Positions 16,709 to 26,505 of a DNA stretch of 64,000 nucleotides are shown here, one piece after another. Within the stretch, counting starts at the first letter, position 1. The number at the start of each line of letters is the position of its first letter. The notes beneath the pieces are model-generated. The model had not been told where the DNA came from, searched no databases, and saw nothing but the letters and a program-made list of their open reading frames with translations. A program made the translations under genes and the position numbers. Source of the stretch: a virus; IMG/VR virus record IMGVR_UViG_3300021425_002093, positions 64,001 to 128,000 of that record. The stretch is one strand, 5' to 3'.

Positions 16709-18019
16709 TTATAGCAAGTTGGTGACCAAGCTACGACGATAGTAAACGTTGCTATTATTACTAATAACACCATACGCTTGGTTGGTACCTTCAGCGAAGG
16801 GATTAGCAACCATACCGTAGCGAGTCTTGAAGCCCAGCTTAGATTGGAAGCTGTTCTCACCGACTGCACGAACCATCTGCAGAGGAACATATGGGCAGTA
16901 GAAGATACCAGCGTCAAATGCGCTTGCACCCTTGTAGCCTACTACCATGTAGTTAGAACCTGCATACGGATCGACGTATACACGGAAACGTCCGTTCAGT
17001 ACACCAGCGAATGTATTGCCAGTGTCATCGGGGTTCAGGTTGTTAGCGTTAAGAGCAGGAGTGTAATCCAGAACGCCAGCCATCTGAAGAGCAGAAGCAA
17101 CGTCTGAAGAACAAACGATGATGTTGCCCTTACCACGACGAGTCGCCTTGGCAATTGCGTTTGCTTCTTTCTCGATTTGGAACATCAAGCCCTTGAACTT
17201 CTCTACTGACCAACGACCGTTAGCATCAACGTCCAAGTTGAAAGTACCAGCGGATGCAGTGTCTGCGGAACCAGTTACAGCAGAAGAGTAGATTGTGCGT
17301 ACAACTTCACGGTTGATTTCAGCAAGCAACTCAGCAGAGAGCATGTTAGCAAGCTCTTGCTCAGCGTCAAGACCGTGGATTGCTTTCAGATCTTGAGCGA
17401 GTTCAGAAGTGTACTCAGCTTTCAACGCACGTGACTTAGCAGTTACTGAAACCTTCTCGATTGCAAAAGACATTTCAGCAAAGTTAGTACCAGCACCATC
17501 ACCCAGAGCTTCAGCTTGAGCAGTAGTCATACCAGTTCCAGTGTTAGCGATGTCATCAGATCCAGCAGTACCTGTAGCATTACCCTGTACACCGTCTGCA
17601 GCACCGTTTCCAGAGAAATCAGTATCAGCTTCGTTGTACATTGCTTCTACGTTACGATCATTGCCAGCGGCGTCTGTCTCGTACTCTGAACGCATAGCGA
17701 AGATCAGTCCAGTAGGACCAGTCATAGGCTGAACGCCAGCGATGTCATATGCGATGAGGTTAGGCATTGCACGACGAACGAGAGAGATCAATACGGGATC
17801 GTAAGTACCACGGTTGGCACCAGAACCGAATACGTTTCCGTCAGAAGTAGCAGGTGCTTCCATGAGAGACATAGTAGCGCCGCCTTCTTCACGAATGGCG
17901 TTTTCTGTGTTTTCCAAAAGAGTAGCAGTTACTGCCTGCTTGTGGGAGTTGCCAATTGCAGGAAGAGCTTCATGCTCCAGAACTGGCTTCCACTTTTGAA
18001 GTAATTCTTCATTTCTCAT
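16709..18019 (-). CDS. gp23: Major capsid protein
   Basis: KW.PVLEH, DPVLISLVRRAMPNLIAYDIAGVQPMTGPTGLIFAMR, KSRALKAEY..ELAQDLKAIHGLDAE, GIFYCPYVPL, GFKTRYGM. Confidence 0.99.
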   Translation of the reverse strand: MRNEELLQKWKPVLEHEALPAIGNSHKQAVTATLLENTENAIREEGGATMSLMEAPATSDGNVFGSGANRGTYDPVLISLVRRAMPNLIAYDIAGVQPMTGPTGLIFAMRSEYETDAAGNDRNVEAMYNEADTDFSGNGAADGVQGNATGTAGSDDIANTGTGMTTAQAEALGDGAGTNFAEMSFAIEKVSVTAKSRALKAEYTSELAQDLKAIHGLDAEQELANMLSAELLAEINREVVRTIYSSAVTGSADTASAGTFNLDVDANGRWSVEKFKGLMFQIEKEANAIAKATRRGKGNIIVCSSDVASALQMAGVLDYTPALNANNLNPDDTGNTFAGVLNGRFRVYVDPYAGSNYMVVGYKGASAFDAGIFYCPYVPLQMVRAVGENSFQSKLGFKTRYGMVANPFAEGTNQAYGVISNNSNVYYRRSLVTNLL

Positions 18020-18052
18020 AGTTGTTCTCCTTATTGAGATTTTGTCTATTAC

Positions 18053-18060
18053 TATTTATA
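18053..18060 (-). promoter_or_regulatory. T4-type late promoter
   Basis: TATAAATA upstream of gp23. Confidence 0.85.
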
Positions 18061-18064
18061 AAAA

Positions 18065-19021
18065 TCAGTTCTTAGCTGCAAAGCGGCTGAGAGACTCTAC
18101 GTAAGCCGAAACCGAAGGATCAGTGTAGGCCTTTTCTTCTGTCTCTTCTTGCAGAAGATCATCGGATTCTTCCTCAGAAACAGGTTGAGCTACAGACTCA
18201 GAAACAAACTGATCACGAATAACTTCGATCTTCTGAGTAAATTCTTCTACTGATTCGTAAGAGACTCCTTCTGAAAGAACACGGAGCCTTTCAGCTTGTG
18301 TATCAGTCAGTCCTTCAACAACCTGCTTAAACGCAATGTCACGCTCAAGAGATTCTTTTTCATTTCGAGCTTCAAGTAACTGCTCGAAAATTTCATTGTA
18401 TTCTTCGGTCTGCTCTTTGAGCTTGGCTTCTATTTCCGCAACACGATCAATTTCTTCTTGATCAATATTGAGGTTATGCTCAGAGGCCAAAGCCTTAAGA
18501 CCATCCATCAATGATTCCGCAACTTCAAGCTTGATACCGCTTTCAACCTGAAGTTCGTTTTCGCTCATCCAAGACTCAACTACATAATCGAGATATGCAT
18601 CAACTTTCTCGACTACATCGTTAACTGCTTGATGGACTTGCTCTTCAAGATCTTGCTCAAACTTAGCTTCAAGTTCTTCTTGAACAGCAACAACTTTTTC
18701 TTGTACTGCAGCTTCAAAGATAGCAACAGTGCGTTGCTTGAAATCTTCTGAAAGATCTGAACCTTCGAAAATACCTTCGATAGACTCTTTCATGCTCTTC
18801 TTGTCTGCATGACGTGGAGCGGCTTTTACGCCTTCCTTGCCTTGGGGAGTTTTTACATCGTCTTCGATCTCGTCTGCCTTCATGTCGCCTTGGTGCTTGT
18901 CAGCTTTACGCTTAACACCAGTGCCACCAGCAGGAGCTACGGGATCAGCAGATTCAGAATCCTCACCATCAGCTTTGATCTCGTTGATAAGATCAGCGTC
19001 TTCAATGTATTGTTCACTCAT
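18065..19021 (-). CDS. gp22: Prohead core scaffolding protein
   Basis: LSEDFK.....IFEAAV, VDAYLDYVVESW..EN; acidic coiled coil; between gp21 and gp23. Confidence 0.95.
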   Translation of the reverse strand: MSEQYIEDADLINEIKADGEDSESADPVAPAGGTGVKRKADKHQGDMKADEIEDDVKTPQGKEGVKAAPRHADKKSMKESIEGIFEGSDLSEDFKQRTVAIFEAAVQEKVVAVQEELEAKFEQDLEEQVHQAVNDVVEKVDAYLDYVVESWMSENELQVESGIKLEVAESLMDGLKALASEHNLNIDQEEIDRVAEIEAKLKEQTEEYNEIFEQLLEARNEKESLERDIAFKQVVEGLTDTQAERLRVLSEGVSYESVEEFTQKIEVIRDQFVSESVAQPVSEEESDDLLQEETEEKAYTDPSVSAYVESLSRFAAKN

Positions 19022-19057
19022 ATGAATTCTCCTTACTATTAGTTATAGTTTATCTAT

Positions 19058-19065
19058 TATTTATA
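19058..19065 (-). promoter_or_regulatory. T4-type late promoter
   Basis: TATAAATA upstream of gp22. Confidence 0.8.
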
Positions 19066-19069
19066 AAAA

Positions 19070-19750
19070 CTATATCTTTGTTAAAGATGATAGAAATCTT
19101 TCGAACATGACGCCGGCCTTAGCTTCTAAATCTTTGCTAGACACTTTCGCAGTTTCTTTAATTTCTTGTTCAATTTGATCAAAAGCATTAGCTCTCTCCC
19201 ATGTAGAGGAAGCTATGTCATATACCCAATCAACTCCTTCCATTACACCTTTGACAAATGCATCTGGCGCAGATGGATCAGCAACGATATCACCTGCTGT
19301 AGCAAGCATGAAATCCTTTTGGACTTCCATGATGCCACTTTTATTTTGCTTAAGCGAGCCCATTCCACGAGAAGAAATTCCGATTACAGCGCCTTCGTCG
19401 ATGAGACTTTTAACAATCTCGCCCATCGGAGTTCCCATGACTTTTGCTCGACCAACTACATTGTCACCTTCTGTTCGCAACTCGGTGAACATGTGAGACA
19501 CACGATCCAAATTGATTGTGGGACCAGCGGGATGTCCTAACTCACCGTATGCACGATTCTTTTCTACGTAATTTTTGATATAACGATTCGTTTCGTTAAA
19601 CAAAACTTCAGAAGGATAAATGCGCCCGTTTCTATTCTTGATGTTACCTTGCATGATAACACCTTCGACGAAATACGTCTTACCACCAGACTCGTTTTCT
19701 TCCGTGATATATTGAACTTCTTCAACAATTTCTTTTATGAGTAGTGACAT
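19070..19750 (-). CDS. gp21: Prohead protease
   Basis: KNRNGRIYP, GELGHP, INLDRVSH, GISSRGMGSL, DIVADPSAPDAFV. Confidence 0.98.
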   Translation of the reverse strand: MSLLIKEIVEEVQYITEENESGGKTYFVEGVIMQGNIKNRNGRIYPSEVLFNETNRYIKNYVEKNRAYGELGHPAGPTINLDRVSHMFTELRTEGDNVVGRAKVMGTPMGEIVKSLIDEGAVIGISSRGMGSLKQNKSGIMEVQKDFMLATAGDIVADPSAPDAFVKGVMEGVDWVYDIASSTWERANAFDQIEQEIKETAKVSSKDLEAKAGVMFERFLSSLTKI

Positions 19751-19762
19751 TTATTATTATCC

Positions 19763-20029
19763 TTATGCTCTATATGCAATCGCACTGGCCCAAACAACTG
19801 TAGTGGCGGCTGGAGCATCCAAAGTTTGAGCAGGCTCTTTTTCGATAAAAACAGTTCCATTTGGACTAACGTATATGCCGTTTCCAGTTTCCACTATAAT
19901 AACCAGCGCTGGTGCTGGATCCATGTTTGTTACTGAAACCAAAGTAGCCAAGCTGATATCACTGGCCGCTCCAGAGACTCCGCTTGCGATATCTTCTGCT
20001 GGACTTAATGGCTTGACTACGCTAGGCAT
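19763..20029 (-). CDS. Small hypothetical, probably structural, protein
   Basis: In the head operon, coupled to the upstream stop; beta-rich with IEKEP..TL. Confidence 0.7.
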   Translation of the reverse strand: MPSVVKPLSPAEDIASGVSGAASDISLATLVSVTNMDPAPALVIIVETGNGIYVSPNGTVFIEKEPAQTLDAPAATTVVWASAIAYRA

Positions 20030-20454
20030 TAAGCAGCCTCCCTAGCAAATTTTACAATCTCCTCAAATCCTTTCTTATTCTTCATCATCTTTTCGTGCAT
20101 CTTTTTCTTGCTAGATCCACTCATAGATCCCATTACAGATTTGATTGCCGAGGCATCTTCTTTGCCAATCATTACGGAAGAGCCATCTTGCAAGGTCATC
20201 TTACCGGGTTTGACTGACTCCTCTAAAGAAATAAAATTAGAGAATCCAAGCAAACGCTCTTCGTAAACTGCAGCGTCATTACCCTCTTCTCTGTCTGCCC
20301 GGCGCTTAGCCTTTTTAGACTTAGAAGTGAATTGACTTTCTTCAGCTTCTGGATGATCTTTTTTATCTACAATATGCTTGTCGATAAAACGCTGTTCGTC
20401 TTCTGAACGAGGCTTATCAACAGCTTCCTGTATGATGTCTTGCAAGGTTCTCAT
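20029..20454 (-). CDS. Prohead core-region protein (gp68 positional analogue)
   Basis: Charged protein in the position between gp67-like and gp21; SD GGAG. Confidence 0.6.
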   Translation of the reverse strand: MRTLQDIIQEAVDKPRSEDEQRFIDKHIVDKKDHPEAEESQFTSKSKKAKRRADREEGNDAAVYEERLLGFSNFISLEESVKPGKMTLQDGSSVMIGKEDASAIKSVMGSMSGSSKKKMHEKMMKNKKGFEEIVKFAREAA

Positions 20455-20457
20455 ACC

Positions 20458-20670
20458 TTACTCTCCTTCGATTTCCATTTCTTGTTCTACGTCATCCATC
20501 TCTGACTCTTCAAAGGACTCTTCCTCTGAAGCGGAAGCAAACATTTCGTCATATTTCATATCGACTGCATTTGCAACTTTGTTAGTCATGATATCGTTAA
20601 ACGTATCTTTAAATTCGTCTGGCTTGGAGTTAATAGCCTGTCTCACTAAATCTAATGTAGTATTATCCAT
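20458..20670 (-). CDS. Prohead core protein (gp67-like)
   Basis: Small, helical N-terminus with a very acidic tail; follows a late promoter. Confidence 0.7.
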   Translation of the reverse strand: MDNTTLDLVRQAINSKPDEFKDTFNDIMTNKVANAVDMKYDEMFASASEEESFEESEMDDVEQEMEIEGE

Positions 20671-20692
20671 AATTATTTCTCCTGTAGTATAT

Positions 20693-20700
20693 TATTTATA
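20693..20700 (-). promoter_or_regulatory. T4-type late promoter
   Basis: TATAAATA. Confidence 0.8.
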
Positions 20701-20706
20701 ATAAAC

Positions 20707-21339
20707 TCATATTCTGGCGATATACGAGTTACGCTTTAAGTTATCTTTCAGCTTTTTACCCGTAGATCCTGCTGTTTGATGCGAATTTAATTGCTCATCC
20801 CAAACTTGATCTGCGGCAGCATTTGCAATGTTCGTAATATCCTGATCTGTCAAACTCACACCAACAGCTTCTACAGTAATTAAATCAACGATATTCGATC
20901 TTACAAGCGAAACAGAAACACCTTCCGCAAAGTAAAACGGAGTCTGACCCGCTTCTCGTGTATATAAGTTTCCTTCAATCGTCAATGTATATGATGACTT
21001 TGAAGCAAAGGGCTGTATCCTCCATCCATTCTCAAGAAAGTATGTGACACCAAGATCTCTATCTTCAGTAATCGGGTCACCACCAACAGCAGTAAATGCT
21101 TTATCCCAAACTCTAGCATCGGGTGCTTCCGTCGATGCAATATTCCATTCTTTCCAAGCGGAATACAAATCCGTCTTTACGTCTAACGTTGTCACTCCTT
21201 CATCTACAAATATCGTTCTTGTTGGCCCATCGAATGCAACCTTTTGATTTGGGTATCCACCCTCATCAGCAGGAAGCCAATTCCATCGAGTCCCATAAAA
21301 CTGATGAATCGAAGGCATTACTGAAGTATCTCTTTCCAA
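20707..21339 (-). CDS. Hypothetical virion-type protein
   Basis: Last gene of the insert between gp20 and gp67. FDGPTRTI...LYSAWKEW resembles the N-terminus of the 829-aa protein. True start may be the internal Met at 21318. Confidence 0.7.
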   Translation of the reverse strand: MERDTSVMPSIHQFYGTRWNWLPADEGGYPNQKVAFDGPTRTIFVDEGVTTLDVKTDLYSAWKEWNIASTEAPDARVWDKAFTAVGGDPITEDRDLGVTYFLENGWRIQPFASKSSYTLTIEGNLYTREAGQTPFYFAEGVSVSLVRSNIVDLITVEAVGVSLTDQDITNIANAAADQVWDEQLNSHQTAGSTGKKLKDNLKRNSYIARI

Positions 21340-24005
21340 GTAATGCTAAACATAATTCTAGGATCTTGCATATCCTTAATTTGCTCGTGTGCAAAGAAAG
21401 TCCAAGTCGAGCGAGATCCTGTAAATCCATGAATAACAGGATTCACTGACGCAGGATCGAAAGCAAAATCAGTTGTATCCACAGGAATCGTAAGCAATCG
21501 ATCTTGATACAAATACGCTTTCGTCAAGTTAACAATCTTAATGAAAACAGTTCTTGGGAATGGATTTGCAATACCAGTAGAAGAGATACTATGACAATGC
21601 AATGCGCCATCTGCGGTATTTTCATTCAATGGGAATGTTGCTGTTTGTGGTTCTCTTAACAGCCAACGATCACTTGTTTCTGGTCTACATTCAGCATCAG
21701 TCGGATCAATCGTAACGACTGGTGGTCGAGTCATCGTAAACGTTTCAGCGCCAGAGAACGTTCCGGTTGTTGCTGAACTTAATGTGACTTGAGTTCCACT
21801 ATCCACTGAACGAATTACAGTGTTTGCGGGAATGTTTGTTCCGCTGATCGCACCACCTTCGATTAACTTAATGTGCGTCAGTGTAGTCGCCGCAGGAATT
21901 GCCTTGTTCTGAATTGGCTTAGTTAGCGTCAACACGCTTCCATTGATATCAAGAATGTTTGTTCCGTCAGATGTCAATGGAGTATTATTTGAATCAAGAA
22001 CGGTTACTGATCCACCGATAACAAATCCAGTTGCGTCTGCTACTTCAATTGTAGTAGAATATATTGCGGTTGTTCCGACTGTCGTAGTTGTCGCAGTCTG
22101 ATCGTCAAGTAAAAGCGTAGTGCTATTACCTACAGCATCAACAGCCGCTCCCACTCCTGTCGTTTCAATTGAATTGTCGATATCAGAAATAACTTGTTCT
22201 GCTACACCACCATCATCGGGTCTATTTTTCCAAGCACCGTTTTGTAGATTAATATAGCGATCTGTGAGAATATCTGTAAATTGCCCATTGAACATATCTT
22301 CAAATTCGATGTTCTTTGTATTTCCCAATAAGTTTGTGTCTTCGAATGAAGTACCAGCAGTTGAAATTTGAAAGTTAGTGCCTGGGATGTCTTGAAAATC
22401 GTGGCCGCTATGAACGCAATCTCTACCTATTCGGAAGTGTACAATTGCGTCACGATTTGCTCCCGCAGAAATCTCTCCCTCAGTATCCACATTATTATCA
22501 TATGCATATGCAGTGATCTTTGTAGGAACAAAAAGACTATGATCTACTGAACCCGAAGCAAGCAATTCTTTTGGAGATAGAGTAAACAATGGTCTGAATC
22601 CAGCACCATCTACAGCCAAGTGCCCAGATGTGTAAACTTTTGGACGACCTAGTGACTGTAAATCGATATCTGTTTCCGTCCATACAGATGAACTCCAACT
22701 TCTCATGTAGACGTAGTTAGCATCTTCTGGTCTCGACGAAGTTAAGCCCAAACGAACAAGGTCTGAAGGAAGCGGCCCAAAGTTACCGTCTGTTCCCGAC
22801 CCATCTCCATAAACAGCATGATTTTGCATTTCGCTGTCGCTGTAGTAGTACAGTTGTTGACAAGCCGGAAGTGATGCTGTTGCACTTAATGATTCTGTGT
22901 TGCGATTACCGTGGAAGTATTCATGAATAACGAGACGTTGACCATCATTAAATGTGCCAAATCTTACTCGACCTGCGCCATGCCACTGAATATCAAGCCA
23001 GAAGATATTGTCCTTTGATAAGTCGAAGTCCATCTGACTACGATTGCTCAATGTTCTGGAGCCGTTAATTAAGTCGCCATTGAAGTTATCGAATCCGTCC
23101 GATGTATCCGATGATGCTAAAATATAATTCTTAACAGATCCAGATACACTTGATCTTCTTACGAGATAAAGGACACCCGTTGGGCCGACACGAAACATAA
23201 ATCCATTGTCTGCGTCAAAAAGTCCAAAATTTCTTTCCGTACCTGAATTAGTTGCAGGCAATGCACTTACTTTGCCAGTATCACTAAACAACATTGTTCC
23301 CATGAACAAATGACCAGAGCCGGGTATATAGTGATGATAGGTCTTGCTTGAAGCCGCCGCAAAGTCTTGTTGTTCTTTTACTCTTGGCTCAATGTACTTT
23401 CCAGTATCACTAAAAAAGACATCTGCTTCTCGTTTTGCCCTTGCGCCTGTATTAAGATATGTCAACGAAAAGTTTTCTAAGAGTTCGTCAATATTAGAGT
23501 AAACATACTCACCTAAGTGAGTTGCGCCTGTTGTGCGAAGTTTACCGAACGCATCGAGAGTTGGGCGACCGTCCGCTAGTGTTACGAGTGCTGATCCATA
23601 TGGATCAATGTCGAGCCCATATTCGGGATTGTCATATCCCATGATATTTTGTGCTGGAATATAGACATCGTAAAATCGAACAACTTCACCCACAATTCGA
23701 GTAGCACCGCCATCGTCGGGATCGACGATTGTTTGACCAACGCTAGGCTCGTTATTCTCAAATTTATTTGCTTTTGAGTAGTGAACAGCAAGAACGCCAG
23801 TACCGTCACCTTTATCATAAACACCGTGAAGATGCACCATCCCAAATCCTGTGACAGTGTACATTGAGCCGATCTTCCAGTTGTATCCAATGCTATTTCC
23901 GCCAGTGTTCGTTCCGAACTCAATCTCGGCAGTGTGGATCATGTATACACGATCACCAGTACTCTCTGGTGGAATTCTAGTAAATCTTTTATCTCCGAGC
24001 GCCAT
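21318..24005 (-). CDS. Large beta-rich virion-type protein (895 aa)
   Basis: Late promoter upstream; DAFGKLR...FDADNGFMF...LDIQWHGAGRVRFG core; Thr/Gly-rich inserted modules. Confidence 0.75.
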   Translation of the reverse strand: MALGDKRFTRIPPESTGDRVYMIHTAEIEFGTNTGGNSIGYNWKIGSMYTVTGFGMVHLHGVYDKGDGTGVLAVHYSKANKFENNEPSVGQTIVDPDDGGATRIVGEVVRFYDVYIPAQNIMGYDNPEYGLDIDPYGSALVTLADGRPTLDAFGKLRTTGATHLGEYVYSNIDELLENFSLTYLNTGARAKREADVFFSDTGKYIEPRVKEQQDFAAASSKTYHHYIPGSGHLFMGTMLFSDTGKVSALPATNSGTERNFGLFDADNGFMFRVGPTGVLYLVRRSSVSGSVKNYILASSDTSDGFDNFNGDLINGSRTLSNRSQMDFDLSKDNIFWLDIQWHGAGRVRFGTFNDGQRLVIHEYFHGNRNTESLSATASLPACQQLYYYSDSEMQNHAVYGDGSGTDGNFGPLPSDLVRLGLTSSRPEDANYVYMRSWSSSVWTETDIDLQSLGRPKVYTSGHLAVDGAGFRPLFTLSPKELLASGSVDHSLFVPTKITAYAYDNNVDTEGEISAGANRDAIVHFRIGRDCVHSGHDFQDIPGTNFQISTAGTSFEDTNLLGNTKNIEFEDMFNGQFTDILTDRYINLQNGAWKNRPDDGGVAEQVISDIDNSIETTGVGAAVDAVGNSTTLLLDDQTATTTTVGTTAIYSTTIEVADATGFVIGGSVTVLDSNNTPLTSDGTNILDINGSVLTLTKPIQNKAIPAATTLTHIKLIEGGAISGTNIPANTVIRSVDSGTQVTLSSATTGTFSGAETFTMTRPPVVTIDPTDAECRPETSDRWLLREPQTATFPLNENTADGALHCHSISSTGIANPFPRTVFIKIVNLTKAYLYQDRLLTIPVDTTDFAFDPASVNPVIHGFTGSRSTWTFFAHEQIKDMQDPRIMFSITWKEILQ

Positions 24006-24039
24006 TTAATTATCCCGCTAAAATTGTTCTAATTTTAAT

Positions 24040-24047
24040 TATTTATA
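24040..24047 (-). promoter_or_regulatory. T4-type late promoter
   Basis: TATAAATA. Confidence 0.75.
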
Positions 24048-24051
24048 TCGA

Positions 24052-26151
24052 CTACACTTCAAACGAATCGTAATTTCTATCTAGTGACTGAGAAATAGGA
24101 AAAGACGCATTTTCTGTTGTAATTGTTTGTTCTAATAAGTAAACAGGTAAGCTACCCACTCTATAAATAAGCACATCAATGTCAGTTCCTGACGGCACAT
24201 TAAATGTGTAAGTCGCATCTACTTTTTCTACAGTAACAGTTTCACCAGGCGAATCTACCAGATCTTGTTGCTTAATAGAGCTTTGTCCAACGGCAGTCAC
24301 ACCGATAGTATTTGCAGATATTGAAACTACCTCGAACTCATCAAATAAAGCAAGATTATCTCTATGAGTTACACGAATCACTTGGGGTGGCGTTGTAACA
24401 GCTAATCCAGTAATGTTTGTAAAATCTGTTGTCGTACTATCTATGAACAATACCGGACCGGCACCCTGAGGTACAGTAACGAATTCAATATCAGTTCCTG
24501 TTACAGCAGCCACAGTGTCTTCATTGAACAAAGTAGTTCGTGTTGCTCCGTTTTGACTGTAAGGAGAAGGGCTTTGCATTATCGATACTTCGGAGTTTCC
24601 TAATACACCTGATATTGACACCGAAACATCTGCCTGAATAGTGACTTGACCGCTTCCAGTATTATACACTGAAGGTATCTGACTTGTATTAGATACAGAA
24701 ATTATTAAATTTGTTCCCGATAAAACTTCAACTTCAATAACAGCACCGGAATTTCCTTGCGGGCCTGTAGTTGCTGATTGAACTGCTCCATCATTATATC
24801 CAAGTTGTGCGTTTGGAGTAAATGAATGCCCATCATATATGACTGTTACATCTCCTTGTCCACCAGCAATTTGACCAAGTAATAGCGCTCTACCATTTCC
24901 TGTAAAGTTACAGTTAGTGATCTTAGAAAGATCTGTAGCATTAGTCCCACTAACTTCAATTCCGGATGTTTCCGCCGTGTTGCTTGTCCCATTAACTGTA
25001 CAAGAAGTAATAGTAGCACCATTTTGAATAACTCTTGCTTCAGTGTTTGTTCCAGCCATTGTATTAGATGTAATCGTCGCTGAAGTTGTTCCAAATGTGC
25101 AACGAGTCAGTTCTGTGTTCGCACCACCGCACTGAAGTAATCTAACACCAAAAAAAGAACAAGCTGTAAACTTAACGATAGGATTGTCAGTCGAATTAAT
25201 AAGAATATCAATCGCATCTTCAAGAATAGTTACATTTTCCCATTCAATATCAGAAGAAGAATTGAGTATTTGTATTCTATGTTTTCCGCCGTCGGTTTCA
25301 GTATTTGAATACCAAGGTGTAGCATCATTTTGTCTTCGAATAGTAACACCAGATGTATCACGCATAAAACAAAGCTGAGTTGAACTTCCTAGTCTTACTT
25401 CAGTGTTTAGAATGTATACGCCTCTTCGTTCAGTAAAAACACCTAAGCGACCATTGATGTTGTCACCACCGTCAAATCCCTCTAAGCCCGCAAAAGTAAC
25501 TGGGTTGGCCGTTTCGCCTTCTACAGCATCAATGTATGCACCTCTTCGAATACCTTCAATCGCAAAAGGAGCACCTTTCGTCGGGCCTTGTGTGGGAATG
25601 CTTGCTCCTGCGCCGAAAACACTATAGTTTCCTCCTGCGCCATTTCCGACGGTGGTTAGCGCAAGACCATTTGCGGGAGTAACATTAACGTCAATAGATC
25701 CACAAACCCAGTCAGCACCATAGTCCTGTAAATCTGAGCCGGAAACGGAATATGCGTTATAGTTATTTGTATTCGGCCCAATGATTGCGTGTAGTCCACC
25801 TCGTTGGTTGAGGGGCAATACCGCTGTAGCTAACGAGGCAGGAGCATTAAAGAACATCCAAATATACACGTACTGATTACCGCCAGGATTATTACCTGAT
25901 GCGAGTGTTGTCGCAATATTTCCACCCGCATTTGTATCGTCAACAATACCCTTTTCTTGAGAACCGTTACCAAATGCGTTTTTAGAAATACATTCTGTTC
26001 CAATTAGATAGTAATCTGTTTCTTCGTTAAGACCAGCCTGTCCTCCGCCAACAGCGGCATAATCATTGACAACAAGAGAAGTTCCACCTGTCGCAGTATA
26101 GACTGAGCCGTCTAGTGTAACAATGTCTGTACCGTATGATGGAACTGCCAT
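24052..26151 (-). CDS. Virion-type protein with probable parallel beta-helix (699 aa)
   Basis: Repeating FTACSF / LTRCTF / ITSCTV / ITNCNF beta-helix signatures. Confidence 0.7.
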   Translation of the reverse strand: MAVPSYGTDIVTLDGSVYTATGGTSLVVNDYAAVGGGQAGLNEETDYYLIGTECISKNAFGNGSQEKGIVDDTNAGGNIATTLASGNNPGGNQYVYIWMFFNAPASLATAVLPLNQRGGLHAIIGPNTNNYNAYSVSGSDLQDYGADWVCGSIDVNVTPANGLALTTVGNGAGGNYSVFGAGASIPTQGPTKGAPFAIEGIRRGAYIDAVEGETANPVTFAGLEGFDGGDNINGRLGVFTERRGVYILNTEVRLGSSTQLCFMRDTSGVTIRRQNDATPWYSNTETDGGKHRIQILNSSSDIEWENVTILEDAIDILINSTDNPIVKFTACSFFGVRLLQCGGANTELTRCTFGTTSATITSNTMAGTNTEARVIQNGATITSCTVNGTSNTAETSGIEVSGTNATDLSKITNCNFTGNGRALLLGQIAGGQGDVTVIYDGHSFTPNAQLGYNDGAVQSATTGPQGNSGAVIEVEVLSGTNLIISVSNTSQIPSVYNTGSGQVTIQADVSVSISGVLGNSEVSIMQSPSPYSQNGATRTTLFNEDTVAAVTGTDIEFVTVPQGAGPVLFIDSTTTDFTNITGLAVTTPPQVIRVTHRDNLALFDEFEVVSISANTIGVTAVGQSSIKQQDLVDSPGETVTVEKVDATYTFNVPSGTDIDVLIYRVGSLPVYLLEQTITTENASFPISQSLDRNYDSFEV

Positions 26152-26451
26152 TTAGCCCTCGATCATTTCTTCGTTTGCTTCTCTTACAGCTTTACGGATT
26201 TTAGCATCTCGCTCAGTTTCTTTCTTTTCGTCAAGCACTTTTTTATGCGCAAGAACTTCATCCATCTCAAACTCCCACGTAGACTCAGAATCCCCATCAT
26301 CGACAAAGCGAACGGTTCCGTCATCGTTATAGATCATATCTGTGGGGGGAACGAAATGCGCAGTGAGTTCATCGACCTGCTGAGCTTCCATAAGTAGCTC
26401 ATCTTCCGTCAATGCAAGAATGTCTGCGGCAACTTGAATGTTGATTCTCAT
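26152..26451 (-). CDS. Small acidic hypothetical protein
   Basis: SD GAGGA; abuts the next gene. Confidence 0.7.
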   Translation of the reverse strand: MRINIQVAADILALTEDELLMEAQQVDELTAHFVPPTDMIYNDDGTVRFVDDGDSESTWEFEMDEVLAHKKVLDEKKETERDAKIRKAVREANEEMIEG

Positions 26452-26475
26452 AATAAATCCTCGTAAAGGTTAAAT

Positions 26476-26494
26476 GGGGGAGACTAGCTCCCCC
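26476..26494 (-). terminator. GC-rich hairpin after the 829-aa gene
   Basis: GGGGGAG-5 nt-CUCCCCC with a weak U tract; CATAAATA late-promoter variant at 26503-26510 just upstream. Confidence 0.55.
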
Positions 26495-26505
26495 GTCAAA
26501 GTTAT

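Noticed and set aside
16645-16929. Alternative-frame ORF overlapping the gp23 3' end (possible frameshift extension)
   Set aside because: It runs through the terminator hairpin, no slippery site was identified and the sequence is not protein-like.
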